A stretch of 52,093 bases of DNA from Mitosporidium daphniae (taxonomy: Eukaryota), in assembly GCF_000760515.2 (NCBI RefSeq), contig NW_013546600.1:1-52093 (forward strand), in the 5' to 3' direction. The position numbers and the translations under genes are program-made. This document shows positions 22,938 through 34,174 of the stretch, one piece after another. The notes below the pieces were generated by a model. That model was not told where the DNA came from. It ran no database searches and saw only the letters and a program-made list of their open reading frames with translations. The stretch's first letter is position 1, and every line of letters starts with the position of its first letter.

Positions 22938-24539
22938 ATGGATCCCAGTTTCTGTGTTGATTCTGCACAACAGTCATGGATCCTTTGCTGCCATTGCGGC
23001 ACTCCAATCCAGCCAAACTCTGCTAATATGTGCATTTCATGTCTCAAAAGTCGAGTGGATATAACAGAGGGAATATCAAAGCAAATTGCAATACAAAATT
23101 GCCGTTCTTGCGAGCGCTATTTGCATCCCCCCACTCAATGGCTGGTTTGCCAGCCAGAATCGAAGGAGCTATTGTCGTTGTGTTTGAAGCGGCTAAAGCT
23201 AGGATCTGGATCGGCCTTAAATAGCGTCCGTTTGGTTGATGCGGGGTTTCTCTGGACAGAGCCTCATTCTCGTCGTCTGAAATTGAAGATTACAGTTCAA
23301 AAGGAAGTTCTTGCGTCCACCGTTTTGCAGCAGACATTTCCGGTCGAAGTGGTGATATGTAACCAACAATGCATTAACTGTGCAAAGGTTATGGCAAAAA
23401 ACATGTGGAACACCAGCGTGCAAGTCAGACAAAAGGTCTCGCATCAAAGGACCTTCCTCCATTTGGAACAACTGATCTTAAAATGCAAAGCACATTCCGA
23501 CTGTGTAAATATTAAAAAGGTGCCGCATGGGCTGGACTTTTTTTTCTCATGCAGAACACATGCGATTAAGTTTATCGATTTCCTGGAATCGGTGGCACCC
23601 GTAAAGACAAAGTCTTCCGAACAGCTTTTGTCTCATGATATCCATTCGGGCCATTCGGCATATAAATTTACCTTTTCCGTGGAGCTTCTTCCCATTTGCA
23701 AAGGCGATCTGATTTGCCTACCCCCAGCCATGGCGCGCCAGGCTGGAATTTCATCGACGCCGCTGGTTCTGATCACAAAGGTTGGAAAGCTGTCCGTTGC
23801 AATGGTTAATCCAGCAACTTTGAAGATAACGGAGCTACCTGCAGGTGAATTTTGGCACCATTCCAAGAAGATTCAGCCGCTATTTTCATATTCTGATTTG
23901 AAGAAATTTGTGGTTTTGGATGCTACCCCTCTTTATGATCTTGCCCCGCCCCAGTCAGACCCCTCATCGTTTCTTTTGGCCGACGTAGAAGTTGGCAAAG
24001 AAAGTGATGGGTTTTCCACCACTAGCCTTATCCGAACGCATTTGGGAAGAATCTTGGCTCCAGGTGATCATGTCCTTGGCTATGACCTCAATACTTCCAA
24101 TCCAAATAACGACGATTTTTCCAATATAGAAGACTCTCTGCCTCAGCTGATATATTTGGTAAAGAAATTCCATCCACAAACAGCTTCAAGGCGAAAAAAT
24201 CGATCCTGGAAGCTCAAACATCTTAAATCGGAAATTAGGGATGAGGGCTCTGAAGAAACAAGCTCAACCGCGTCCATGAGCATTGTAGCATCCAATACGA
24301 AGAAGCAAAAGAAAAATTCTTCTAAGCAGCTAGTACAGATGGAGCAAGAGGAAGAAGATCTGGAAATATTTATGCAAGAGATTGAGGAAGACAGCGAGTT
24401 AAGATCTCAATTTAATCTCTATAAGGCAAGAGATTCACGCTACGAACATTTAGAAGAGGAAGGAGAACTCCAGGATGCACATGAAATCGACATTGCAGAT
24501 CTTTTGGACGATCTTTCTATTGCTTCTGATGAGGAATAA
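22938..24539 (+). CDS. NMD3: 60S ribosomal export protein Nmd3
   Basis: ILCCHCGTPIQPNSANMCISC, FLWTEPHSRRLKLK, VQVRQKVSHQRTFLHLEQLILK; intronless. Alternative start 22911. Confidence 0.96.
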   Translation: MDPSFCVDSAQQSWILCCHCGTPIQPNSANMCISCLKSRVDITEGISKQIAIQNCRSCERYLHPPTQWLVCQPESKELLSLCLKRLKLGSGSALNSVRLVDAGFLWTEPHSRRLKLKITVQKEVLASTVLQQTFPVEVVICNQQCINCAKVMAKNMWNTSVQVRQKVSHQRTFLHLEQLILKCKAHSDCVNIKKVPHGLDFFFSCRTHAIKFIDFLESVAPVKTKSSEQLLSHDIHSGHSAYKFTFSVELLPICKGDLICLPPAMARQAGISSTPLVLITKVGKLSVAMVNPATLKITELPAGEFWHHSKKIQPLFSYSDLKKFVVLDATPLYDLAPPQSDPSSFLLADVEVGKESDGFSTTSLIRTHLGRILAPGDHVLGYDLNTSNPNNDDFSNIEDSLPQLIYLVKKFHPQTASRRKNRSWKLKHLKSEIRDEGSEETSSTASMSIVASNTKKQKKNSSKQLVQMEQEEEDLEIFMQEIEEDSELRSQFNLYKARDSRYEHLEEEGELQDAHEIDIADLLDDLSIASDEE

Positions 24540-24580
24540 GTCCGTCCGTCCGTCCGTTTGCTCGTTCGTCTGTCCGTTCG
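24540..24580. repeat. Degenerate (GTCC)n microsatellite right after the NMD3 stop
   Basis: gtccgtccgtccgtccgtttgctcgttcgtctgtccgttcg. Confidence 0.85.
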
Positions 24581-24645
24581 GTATAAGCCGTCCATTTTTT
24601 AATTTAAACTAAAATTAAAGCTTAAAACTGACTGTATTATTAAAC

Positions 24646-27600
24646 TTAGAGGGCATACATAAGCCTGATTTCTTCAATCCGTTTGGATATCAATATGGGA
24701 GTGGTCTCCAAATCAGCAGCGATGGTTGCCTTTTTCTCGGGCGGTAGAAAGTGGAAATGCGAAAGAAGAGTGCCATCAATGATATGTTTAGTTGGAGAGA
24801 ATGCAGATCTAAACGACAGGTGGTCCCTACCAATCAGAAGCGGGACAGAGGTCCTCAATAGCATCTCCAGCCTTTGAAAAAAATTGACATCTTGTCGCGT
24901 AAGCATCGGAATCATGGCGCCTATGCAACCTGTAAGCGTTGTATATAACAACACCTCGCGCCCACTCCCCCACACAAGCATGGCCTTGTTCAAAGAGGTA
25001 ATGGTATCCCCCACATGCGCATGGCAGATATTTTCAATCTACAATTAGGAGCTTAACCGCCTACCTTATTTGGCGCACCCAAAAGGTGGCTCCTATCTAT
25101 CAAACGCGCACCAGAGGGATCGGAATCAATTGCCTCGCTAATTGCCAAAGGCAATCTAAGGATGGATATCCCACCAAACTTGTCCGCCATTGCAGTGGTG
25201 TCATAATCAAGGGGCAAAGGAGAACATGATGGCCAGCGAGGGATCGGATCATCGGCAATAATGTAAAAGCAATTATCTTCGGGCTTGTATACGGCAATCA
25301 ACAGGGAGTGTTGGACATCGCTTACGACAACCTTGGTAGCATTGGTATTCAACAGCGTGTCTGAAGTGACTGTGTGAAAGCTGGATGCTCCCGGCGTAGA
25401 GATGGAATAAATCCTGCACGGAAAAGATCTATTTTCGCTTTTTCGAAGCAATTTCTTCTTCCCAAGGTCATAAAGACGAAGGATTTGGCCCAGCCCAACC
25501 AGTAGTCTGCCTCTAAAGGGACAAAAGCTAGCTGGAAGCTCCTCGACTTGGGTCTAAATGATAAAAAGACAGCATATGACCTTATGGAGCAGTTCCAACG
25601 TAATAGCACCATCGCTTTTGATAGTCCATTCATATACATATATCCAGGCGGAATCAAAGGAAAGAGGCATTTGAGAAACATTTATCCCTATGCCTAAAAC
25701 ATAATAAAGCTGCTGAGAGCCATGAAAGCTGACGAGAGACCCACAGAGAGCAGTTTCCTCCGAAGCAAGTGGAAGAGAAAGCCTTTCTTCTCCACTAAGG
25801 AGATCGTAAAGATTAACAAACGATGCCCACTGATTAGGTAAACTACAATTAGTAGGTGTAGAAGAAATAGAAATAGCGTTCATGTTACAAGGTTCGCTAC
25901 AAATTACCATAGCCAAAGGATTCGGAAATACAGATACAAGTGGGTGGATATTGGTTTCAAGTATCATCAATCTGCGAGGAGTCGATGGTAGCTTAATGGT
26001 TAAGTAGGGCTGCAATTTTGGAGGAACGATTTTATGTCCCTTTGCCCCGATCGGTCTATCAAAAGAAATTATTCGAAGGGTAGATCCAGAAACACCCAAT
26101 AATCCGGGAGGCAAATCTTCTGAAGAAAAAAGAGCAGCATACGAAACGCAAATGTAGCTACCAAAATGAGCCAAAATATTGTTACTTGATAGGGAGCAAT
26201 TGGGGCGGTGAGTTCATGAGGTCATTGTTTAGTTGGATCCATGGCTTGGTTGACAATACAACAAGAGAGGATGTATTTGCATTTGATGGATCTTGAAGTG
26301 ATGGTGTGACGACCATGTTGAGCGAACTTGGGCCAATGAACCTTTTCATTAAATGAAAACAGTTACCTTGTTCTTGGGTCAGACAGTGAAAAGCCGGTAA
26401 GAACGCTCCCCTCAACGGTAAATCTTACCAAAATGCCGTTACTCAAGCCAGAAAATAAAAAAAGCGTTTCATTTTCCCCTACAGTGGGATCCTTTTCGCT
26501 CGAAAATGCCAAGCTATTAAGGAGTCCAGATTGAAGCGCCTGCAGTGCAAGCAGATCGAACCCATTTGGTCCGATCGAGAATAGACGAATGATTTGATCT
26601 CCCTCCGTACAGATAGCGACAATCGGGATTTCAGAGATTGAAGAATTTGCAGAACCCCATGGCAGGCCTGGGAGTGCAATAGAAGCTATCTGATTTTCCA
26701 GCTGCTTGTGAAATGTATTTTCAGAAAGCCGTCCTTGAGCATCAAGCGAAAAAAGAATTAAATGGCAATCGTTAGTAGAGATAATTAGCTAAAATTGATC
26801 ACCAACAATCCATACTTGTGAGAAGCTGCTGGAGGCCTTTGAGATGAAAGTGCCAGACCGTGGGGTCCATTCTTTAATGCCGCTCGCATCGGCCATGATA
26901 TGCCGAACCGATTTTGGTGTCACCTACAATAAATTTGGCGGAATACCTGAATAACACTTCCATCCACAAGAGGAGCAAGGTGTATGGTCGAAAGCTGGCT
27001 TAAAGAAAAAGGTGATTCGGTATCTTCCTCAACACTTTCGTCAACAATCAAAGCAGTAGTACAGTTGGGGAAAGAAACGATGATATACCGGGTTTTTCCA
27101 AGCGCTGAATATCCGCCACACGGATTTTTTCCAAGTGTCCATACGCCAGAGGGACTACCAAGAGGAAGCTCGGTGACAGCCAATTCAGACACCTCCAGAC
27201 CATGTCTTAGCGCAACAAGGCAGGCATCTGGGCCTGTCCCACCTGCGGTCACTATTCGTGGGGAATCTTCTCCTGGAATATGAAGCACCTACATGCGGTA
27301 AAGCAAAATAAAATGGCACCTTTGAATCGGTGATTGGAAGCAGCGAATTTTCCTCCTCTAACAAAGACAAATTTTTTAGTTCGGCTCTTGGAACTACCGT
27401 ATTTTTGGAATTATTTTCGGTATCCCACTTTTGCTCTTCATCCTCTGCAAGGCCGACGATTTGGTATGTTGCATTTGACCTTTGTTCCGAGGCAACTATC
27501 AAAAATCCAGCTCTAAGGATACACATTGATCGCGAAAGCTTGATTGAATCAAAGTATCTAACTTCAAGCCTAGTCACTGTATCCCCGTGGTGCTCAAGGG

Positions 27601-28531
27601 TAAGTTTAAATAAATCTCCAGACTCCAGCTGAAACAAAACAAAAAATGAAGACTTGGTCTTGTGCAAAAACGAGGCACATACAAGCAAATTGTCCATCGG
27701 AAGAGAGAGGGAAAACGGATCCACTTTATAATCTTCGGAGTACCATGTTACCGAGTTAATGGCAAATCCCAAAACGCCGCCAGGCCCATCAGGTCCAGAT
27801 GATGCGGAGGAAGAATTTGGCAAAGCCAACAGCAGATGGGTGGTTGGATCCACAGGCCTTTGATACTTTCTAACCATGTGATTAAGACCAAGGTCAAGCT
27901 CATAATGAACAAGTAACATTTGTTCCGCTTCAGAAAGAGCGTCCTGTCCAGGCGCTTGCAGGAATGATTCAAGAGCGAAAAAGACCGGATTTTCAAAGCC
28001 AACGTCCAACGCCACTACAAAATGAACCATCGTATGCGACTTGTGGCAGTCAAGCGGGGAAGAGATCGAAAGGGTTGAGGTTGCATCTCTATTCAGGATG
28101 TATGCGAATTTCATTTTCTCAATTGCGCACAAGAGAAATGCTCTGCCTTTTGGATCCACACTCAAGAACTGGCCAGGTACGGCCCGGCGACAACCTGATC
28201 GGCCAAAGGTTTCAAGAGCCAAAATTTCCAAAGAACGAGTCTCTGGAACATACTCGAGGATTGAAACACGACCGGAATCAGAGCCAATGACTATGTAATC
28301 TTTAGACGAGCCAAGCGGTCGCACAGGCTGGATTGACCTGACGGTTCCAAAAAGACTTCTTCTAATGAGTGAGGATAGTTTTCCCGTTTGTGAGTCAGAG
28401 GCTAGGATTTCAAGCTCAGATGCTCCCCGAATGACAGCAATTTCTTGCTGGGACTTTGTTCCTGAAAAAAATCCCAAAGTCAAAAGGGAGATGCAAGCGC
28501 TGGGCAACAAAGGAAACTCGATCAAGTGCAT
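24646..28531 (-). CDS. RSE1: Splicing factor 3B subunit 3 (Rse1)
   Basis: GFFSGTKSQQEI, GSSKDYIVIGSDSGR, ETFGRSGCRRAVPGQFL, YELDLGLNHMVRKY, LRHGLEVSELAVTELP, GRDHLSFRSAFSPTKHIIDG; multiple introns. Confidence 0.96.
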
Positions 28532-28793
28532 AAGAAGAGGCAAAATTATGGCCGAATTTATGTGAAAATTTATAAATTAAAGCGCTGAAACTTGGAGTCT
28601 GCCTTGTAATTGATTTTTTACCTCGGCCTGACATGGGCTCATTAATACATGCTAGTACCAGCATATATGAACTCGCAAGCACAACCAAGAAGCGGTATAA
28701 AACACACGGTGACCCAAAATAACATTTAGATGCAACTGTTTGGCTATTCAGTTCGCGTGCAAAATCCGTACATTTTATGTATAAATTGGTATC

Positions 28794-30428
28794 CTAGCGA
28801 TATGGGGTTTCAACAAGCTTCTCGCTAGTTGTAATTTGCTGTACATATTCAGGTATGCCTTTGATAGACATGCTGGCTGGAAGCGCAGACCTATCGTCTG
28901 CCGTTAACGCAGGACTGTTAAAAGAGGAGGAGCCTATCTGCTCCACATTAAACCCGATGGCGGATAAAAGAGATGCGTTGAGCAACTTTCTTCCGTCAAA
29001 GATAAATGCAGGTTTGCGCATTGAAGCAAAGATATTAGAATAATTTAAATGGTTGAATTCATCCCACTCCGTACATATCACAATTGCGTCGCAATTGTTG
29101 GCAGCCGAGTACGGACATGAATAGATGGTGGTAAGTGTGGCGGCCTCTAAAAATAAAGGAAGCAAAAGAAACCATCCAATAGGCCAAATTCTTGAAAATC
29201 GTTCCAAATTTGGGTTTGGCTAACTTTTGGATCGTAAATAGAAATGTGGGCCCTTTCTCTGATCAGGCTTGCCGCAATAGCTGCAGCTGGAGATTCTCTA
29301 CGAACTTCGGGGCACAAAACAAAACCTGGTATCCCCGGTGTCCTTTTTGAAAGCAAATCCGAATAGCGCGATATTCTTTCCCGAAATGCAACCAAACTGT
29401 TTCGTAATTATTCGCCTAACAAAGCGATCCTTTTGATATTCATTGATCCCGATAACCTCTCTCTAATATTCAGCGACTTTTGTTAGCTGAAATGACTCGC
29501 ACAAGTAGATCAGGTTTAAGACATCTTTTTTGAAGCAGCTTCCTCCAAATCCTAATCAATAAATGTGATGTCAAAGCTAACCAATGGATGCTCTGAGGAA
29601 ATTGGGCCCAATTCTCGAATCGGACCCGATAGCCCTGGAAACTTCGCCAATATCTGCCCCGACAGCTTCACAAACTGCAGAAAGTGCGTTGATCGAGGAG
29701 ACTCTTTGCGCCAACATGGCATTGGCCGCCAATTTAGCTAGTTCAGAGGACCAAATGTTTGTGAGAAGAATTCTTTCTTTCGGAACCCATCTTTCATAAA
29801 TAGAGGCAAGCATATGCCCCGAATTCGAGGCCTCTGTGTTACCAAAAGAGCCAATAAGAATCCGGTCCGGATTCAGCAGGTCACAGATTGCAGTTCCCTC
29901 GGCCAAAAATTCTGGGTTGGAAAGAATTGAAAAGTTGACGCCATCTTTCTTGTTGACCTTAAAAATGTGCTGTATGTACTCTGCTGTTTTGCAGGGAACA
30001 GTGCTTTTTTCAATGATTATCTTTGAAGACTTGGAGACAAGTGCAATCCTTCTCACAGCGCTCTCAAAAAAGCTAAAAATCGGAGGAAGCCATCAATACC
30101 TCGTATCTGCTGCAATTCCAGCACCGATTCCAGACTTTTTCGTTGGCGTATTAACTGCGATAAAGATAATGTCTGCATTTTCAATGGCCTTATCAACATC
30201 GTCTGTAAAGAACAGATTTCTTCCTCTACATCTGAAAACAATTTCAGAAAGCCCTGGCTCGTAAATTGGTAAGGAGTTGCTATTCCATTGCGAAATTCTG
30301 GCAGAGTTTATATCGGCAATCGTAACAAGAACATCGGGGCACTTTTCCGCAATAACAGCGCAGGTTGGGCCGCCAACATATCCGGCCCCAATGCAGCAAA
30401 TGGAGTGGGCATATCTAGGTGGATGCAT
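28794..30428 (-). CDS. UGDH: UDP-glucose 6-dehydrogenase
   Basis: [78 protein letters not shown]; 4 introns. Confidence 0.97.
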
Positions 30429-30575
30429 GTAAGAGCAAGCCAGAAAACTTGGTTAAGTAAGTGGAATACGAATGTTTGTTATTGATAGCCTATGCATGTT
30501 GACTTGTAAAAATCATTAGATCAAAAATTACTTAAGGGTGGTCCATGCTTTTGTATATGTGCTCACAATTGGTCG

Positions 30576-30593
30576 AACCCTAACCCTAACCCT
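30576..30593. repeat. Three tandem AACCCT (TTAGGG telomere-type) units in the UGDH/GPI18 divergent promoter
   Basis: aaccctaaccctaaccct. Confidence 0.85.
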
Positions 30594-30653
30594 CGATACT
30601 TTTGACAAACTCCTAATTGCAATCATAAGCTGTATGCCTTACTTGTTGAAAAT

Positions 30654-32063
30654 ATGAATTCACACAAGAAAGGCCGTAAAGATATCATATTCCTCCTAAA
30701 AATCGGGCTCATCACAAGGCTGCTGGTATATGCAGGTATTGTTGCAGCGTTTTACTTGTTCCCTTCATATGATTTTTCTGTTGAAGTGGCAATGCCATTT
30801 GGAAGTTTATCGACATTTCTTCATCCCTTTGTGCGCTGGGATTCGTTATATTTCCTCCAAATAGCCTACAACAGTTGCAAATACCGGTTTGAACCCGAGT
30901 ATGCATTTTTTCCACTTTATCCATTTCTGATGAGCTGCTTGGCTCCCATTTTCCGTAACATGTGCAGAATCAACGCATTGGTCCTCTCAGGAATTGCGAT
31001 TTCGCTGCTTTCATTCATATTTTCCATCATTTTATTGTATTCTCTTACGGTAGAAATATTCAAATCAACACGACTAGCTTTTCTTTCTTGCGTCATGTTA
31101 ATACTGTCGCCTGCCTCCATTTTTCTGACGGCTGTTTATTCAGAGTCACTATTTTTGATGCTCTCTTTAGCAGGAATGCTTTGTTTTGTGAAAGAGTTTC
31201 ATTTTGCTGCATCCTTGTTTTTTGCATTATCCTCATTTACCCGCGCAAATGGGGTTTTCCATTCCGGGTTTTTCCTTTACCACTCTTTTGTTGTTCTCAT
31301 TTCACCCAACTCCTGCGGTGTTTTTTCTCGAATTTCCAGGATTTCCACTCAACTATTCAATTTTTTAATTGCTTTATCTGGGTTTGGAATCTTCCAATGG
31401 TATTGTTATAACTCTATCTGCCACTCGGGAATCAATATTAGTGATGAGGCCATGTATTGGTGCAACAACCCGCCTTTTCTTGGCCTCTTGTATACATTTG
31501 TGCAAAAAGAATATTGGGGCGTAGGTTTTCTCCACTATTATCGATTTAAACAAATTCCAAACTTTCTTATAGCAGGGCCAATGGTTTTCTCCCTGATATA
31601 TTCACTATTCAGATACCCATCGATCATAAGCAAGGGCGGTCACACCCTTTTTATCCGTACATTCCCTTTTTTAGTTGAATGGCTCGCCATTGGTGTGATT
31701 ACTATAACAACAGCACATGTCCAAATAGCAACCAGATTATTTTCGTCCTTTGCTCCCATGTTATATTGGACCTGGGCGCTTTTAATTCTAGAATCTTTTA
31801 AGGAAAAAAATCCATTAGATCAGGGAGCCGCAGAGGCGACAAATGATGACCAAAATGCTATCAAGCCCCTTTACCCTGAAAAATCAGAATTGAGTGCTAT
31901 TGATCGTGACACAGCCCAATCACCTTTGCACTATAAAACGATCAATTTAACTCAAGATGGTTTGGGTAAGAAGAGAACCCATGCTAAAATCCTTCTTGCC
32001 TATGTTCTCGGAAATGGAATAATTGGGTGTTTTCTTTTTGCCTGTTTTTACCCGCCTGCGTGA
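30654..32063 (+). CDS. GPI18: GPI mannosyltransferase 2 (PIG-V/Gpi18)
   Basis: VRWDSLYFLQIA, EPEYAFFPLYP, SPASIFLTAVYSESLF, RANG, YTFVQKEYWGVGFLHYYRFKQIPNFLIA, C-terminal FYPPA. Confidence 0.95.
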   Translation: MNSHKKGRKDIIFLLKIGLITRLLVYAGIVAAFYLFPSYDFSVEVAMPFGSLSTFLHPFVRWDSLYFLQIAYNSCKYRFEPEYAFFPLYPFLMSCLAPIFRNMCRINALVLSGIAISLLSFIFSIILLYSLTVEIFKSTRLAFLSCVMLILSPASIFLTAVYSESLFLMLSLAGMLCFVKEFHFAASLFFALSSFTRANGVFHSGFFLYHSFVVLISPNSCGVFSRISRISTQLFNFLIALSGFGIFQWYCYNSICHSGINISDEAMYWCNNPPFLGLLYTFVQKEYWGVGFLHYYRFKQIPNFLIAGPMVFSLIYSLFRYPSIISKGGHTLFIRTFPFLVEWLAIGVITITTAHVQIATRLFSSFAPMLYWTWALLILESFKEKNPLDQGAAEATNDDQNAIKPLYPEKSELSAIDRDTAQSPLHYKTINLTQDGLGKKRTHAKILLAYVLGNGIIGCFLFACFYPPA

Positions 32064-32260
32064 GCAAGTTGTATGCATAAATCACGATTTATGCCATATA
32101 ACAGATTCAGGATCCCAAATTTATTAAATCAAATGGTAATGGCCATTCAGTAACTAGAAGGTAGTTGATGCAGCTATCAATGCAAACTTTTATAAATTAA
32201 TTAACCCCACGCCTGAATCGCACAAAATTAAAACTTGGTCCGCAGTTTTTAGTAAAATGT

Positions 32261-33439
32261 ATGAGCAGCTTGAGCTCCTCGTCAAAGATCCCAAACTCAA
32301 GTCATCCAAGGTATGCCCCCTTTCAAGTAAATGTTGAGACATCTAGGGATCTTGTACTAGTTCTCGCCCAACTTCCCTTTCAGGAGGTTTATTCCAATGT
32401 TTTCTTAGCCGACTCGTCGTTATTTGCTCAGTTTTTATCCGCATTTAATAATTCCTTCGAAGAAGTCAATGCTAAGGAGCCTACAAACGATGTATTTATA
32501 GCCATTTTAATGAAAAGTTTCTTTCAACGGGTCTTTTTCCGTTTTTGGCCAACATATGTTCAGTAGAAGATGATCGAATACCATTTATTATCCTCAGATT
32601 CCTAGTTACCTTCAAAAAGAGTCTTCCTAGTTTTGAAAAGTCAGAACCAGCATATCTCTCATTACTTGTAAATGTGACAACAAAGGTGCTTCTTTCTCGC
32701 AACGAAGATAAGGAGGCTTTTGCTGCCATGATTGGTATTATCGATTTGCGATTTTTGGAGGAACTTCTTGGTTTCATAGGCCAAGACGGCATTTTATGTT
32801 TTGAAAAAAAAGGAGAACTTTCCCTATATTTACTTCGTAATATTTCAGCAATTGAGTATTATTCGGTGCGACTTATTTCAAAGTCTTATTTTGGTAAACA
32901 GTTTTTGCAGCTTTGTCTGGTCGCCTTTTCGAATATGGAGGCGATGAGGGAAATTCTATTTGAAATCATAAAGTTAGCCATGGCTTCATTTTATGGGTTA
33001 GGAACTGCATGTTCTTCTCAGCAGACGCATTCTCATTGGATTTATGGAAGGAATATTTAGTCCCCCTCTTTTTAAGACAGTTGCTTGCCTTTAATCCGGA
33101 TGCCTTTGATGGTATGAGAGAAGATGTAAGTGATGGGTTTTTATCGTAACTAAGGAGCTTGAAGATCTTTCCATTTTCCATCCCCTCTGTAAAACTCTCT
33201 TTGCTCCCAATGAGAGAATAGTGCTTCTCGTAGTCGAATCTCTCATAATTTCCGCAAGTGCGTCTAAGGAGATTCGTCGTTTGTATCGAGACCCCAATAT
33301 TGTAACTTTATCGATTTATTCGTAGTATCCTTTTGTCAGAGAGACTGATCTTGCGATGTCAAAACGAGCTAGCTATTCAGAGGACGTCTCTGCTCTATTT
33401 TTAGAGCTTGTTCAGTTGTTAATGAGAGATGAGAGATGA
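32261..33439 (+). CDS. HGH1: Hgh1/FAM203 armadillo protein (eEF2 chaperone), multi-exon
   Basis: Spliced C-terminus DGMREDELEDLSIFH...LVVESLIISASASKEIRRLYRDPNIYPFVRE...VSALFLELVQLLMRDER* matches the Hgh1 C-terminal domain pattern (YP..RE...LVQLLMRDE). The exact start (32257 or 32261) is uncertain. Confidence 0.72.
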
Positions 33440-33474
33440 CAGATGAGCTCTGAGAATATATTCTAAAAATCAGT

Positions 33475-33492
33475 TTAGCGTTAGCGTTAGCG
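33475..33492. repeat. (TTAGCG)3 telomere-variant-like repeat
   Basis: ttagcgttagcgttagcg. Confidence 0.8.
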
Positions 33493-34174
33493 TTGAGATT
33501 AATGGGCTTGAGCACGTTATAGCTTTCCTCTGACCTTAGACAATAGAAATTTAATATTTATACTAGCTAAGGCTTATACTAGTGATCCGATATCAGATCA
33601 CGTGGTTTTACCATTGTTTTACGACATACACGCAAACACACAAATAGGAATCTCTGGCTGCTTCCGAATTCCTTTCTATAACATTCCTACAACTTTAGAC
33701 CAATATAAATTGCATTTCCAGCAATCAGACAGGCGAAACCATCTCTGATGCCTCCGCACTCTATCGTTCCCTTCAAAGCGTTCGGATCCGCATTGAGATT
33801 TATTACAAGGTTACGCTAACTCGAATACGATTTTTCAAATTAATTTTCATATTTTTACGTATCTCATTGCTTAAATTTTAATTTAATAATTGGGATTAAA
33901 TATCGTCCCTCTATGCTACGTTAGATATGGGGGCCATATTTCAGGACTCGTTAGAGTGATAGTAAAAGTAGGAAACAATGCTAACTAGAATAAATAAAGT
34001 ATCCGTCAAATATTAAATGATTGTTGACTTTTCCTTTCTATCAAACTAGTTAACCCCGATAAACTTGCCAAAATGTCTTTCTAGCTTATAATTGGGACGA
34101 GGAACGTATGTGTATGTATGCTTCGTGTGTATGGACCTTTTTAATTGATACTTAACTTGAACCTTTGTATAAAA

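Noticed and set aside
30576..30593. Chromosome end or telomerase RNA template
   Set aside because: Only three units, embedded between intact divergent genes, with no supporting TER structure; a promoter telobox is more parsimonious.
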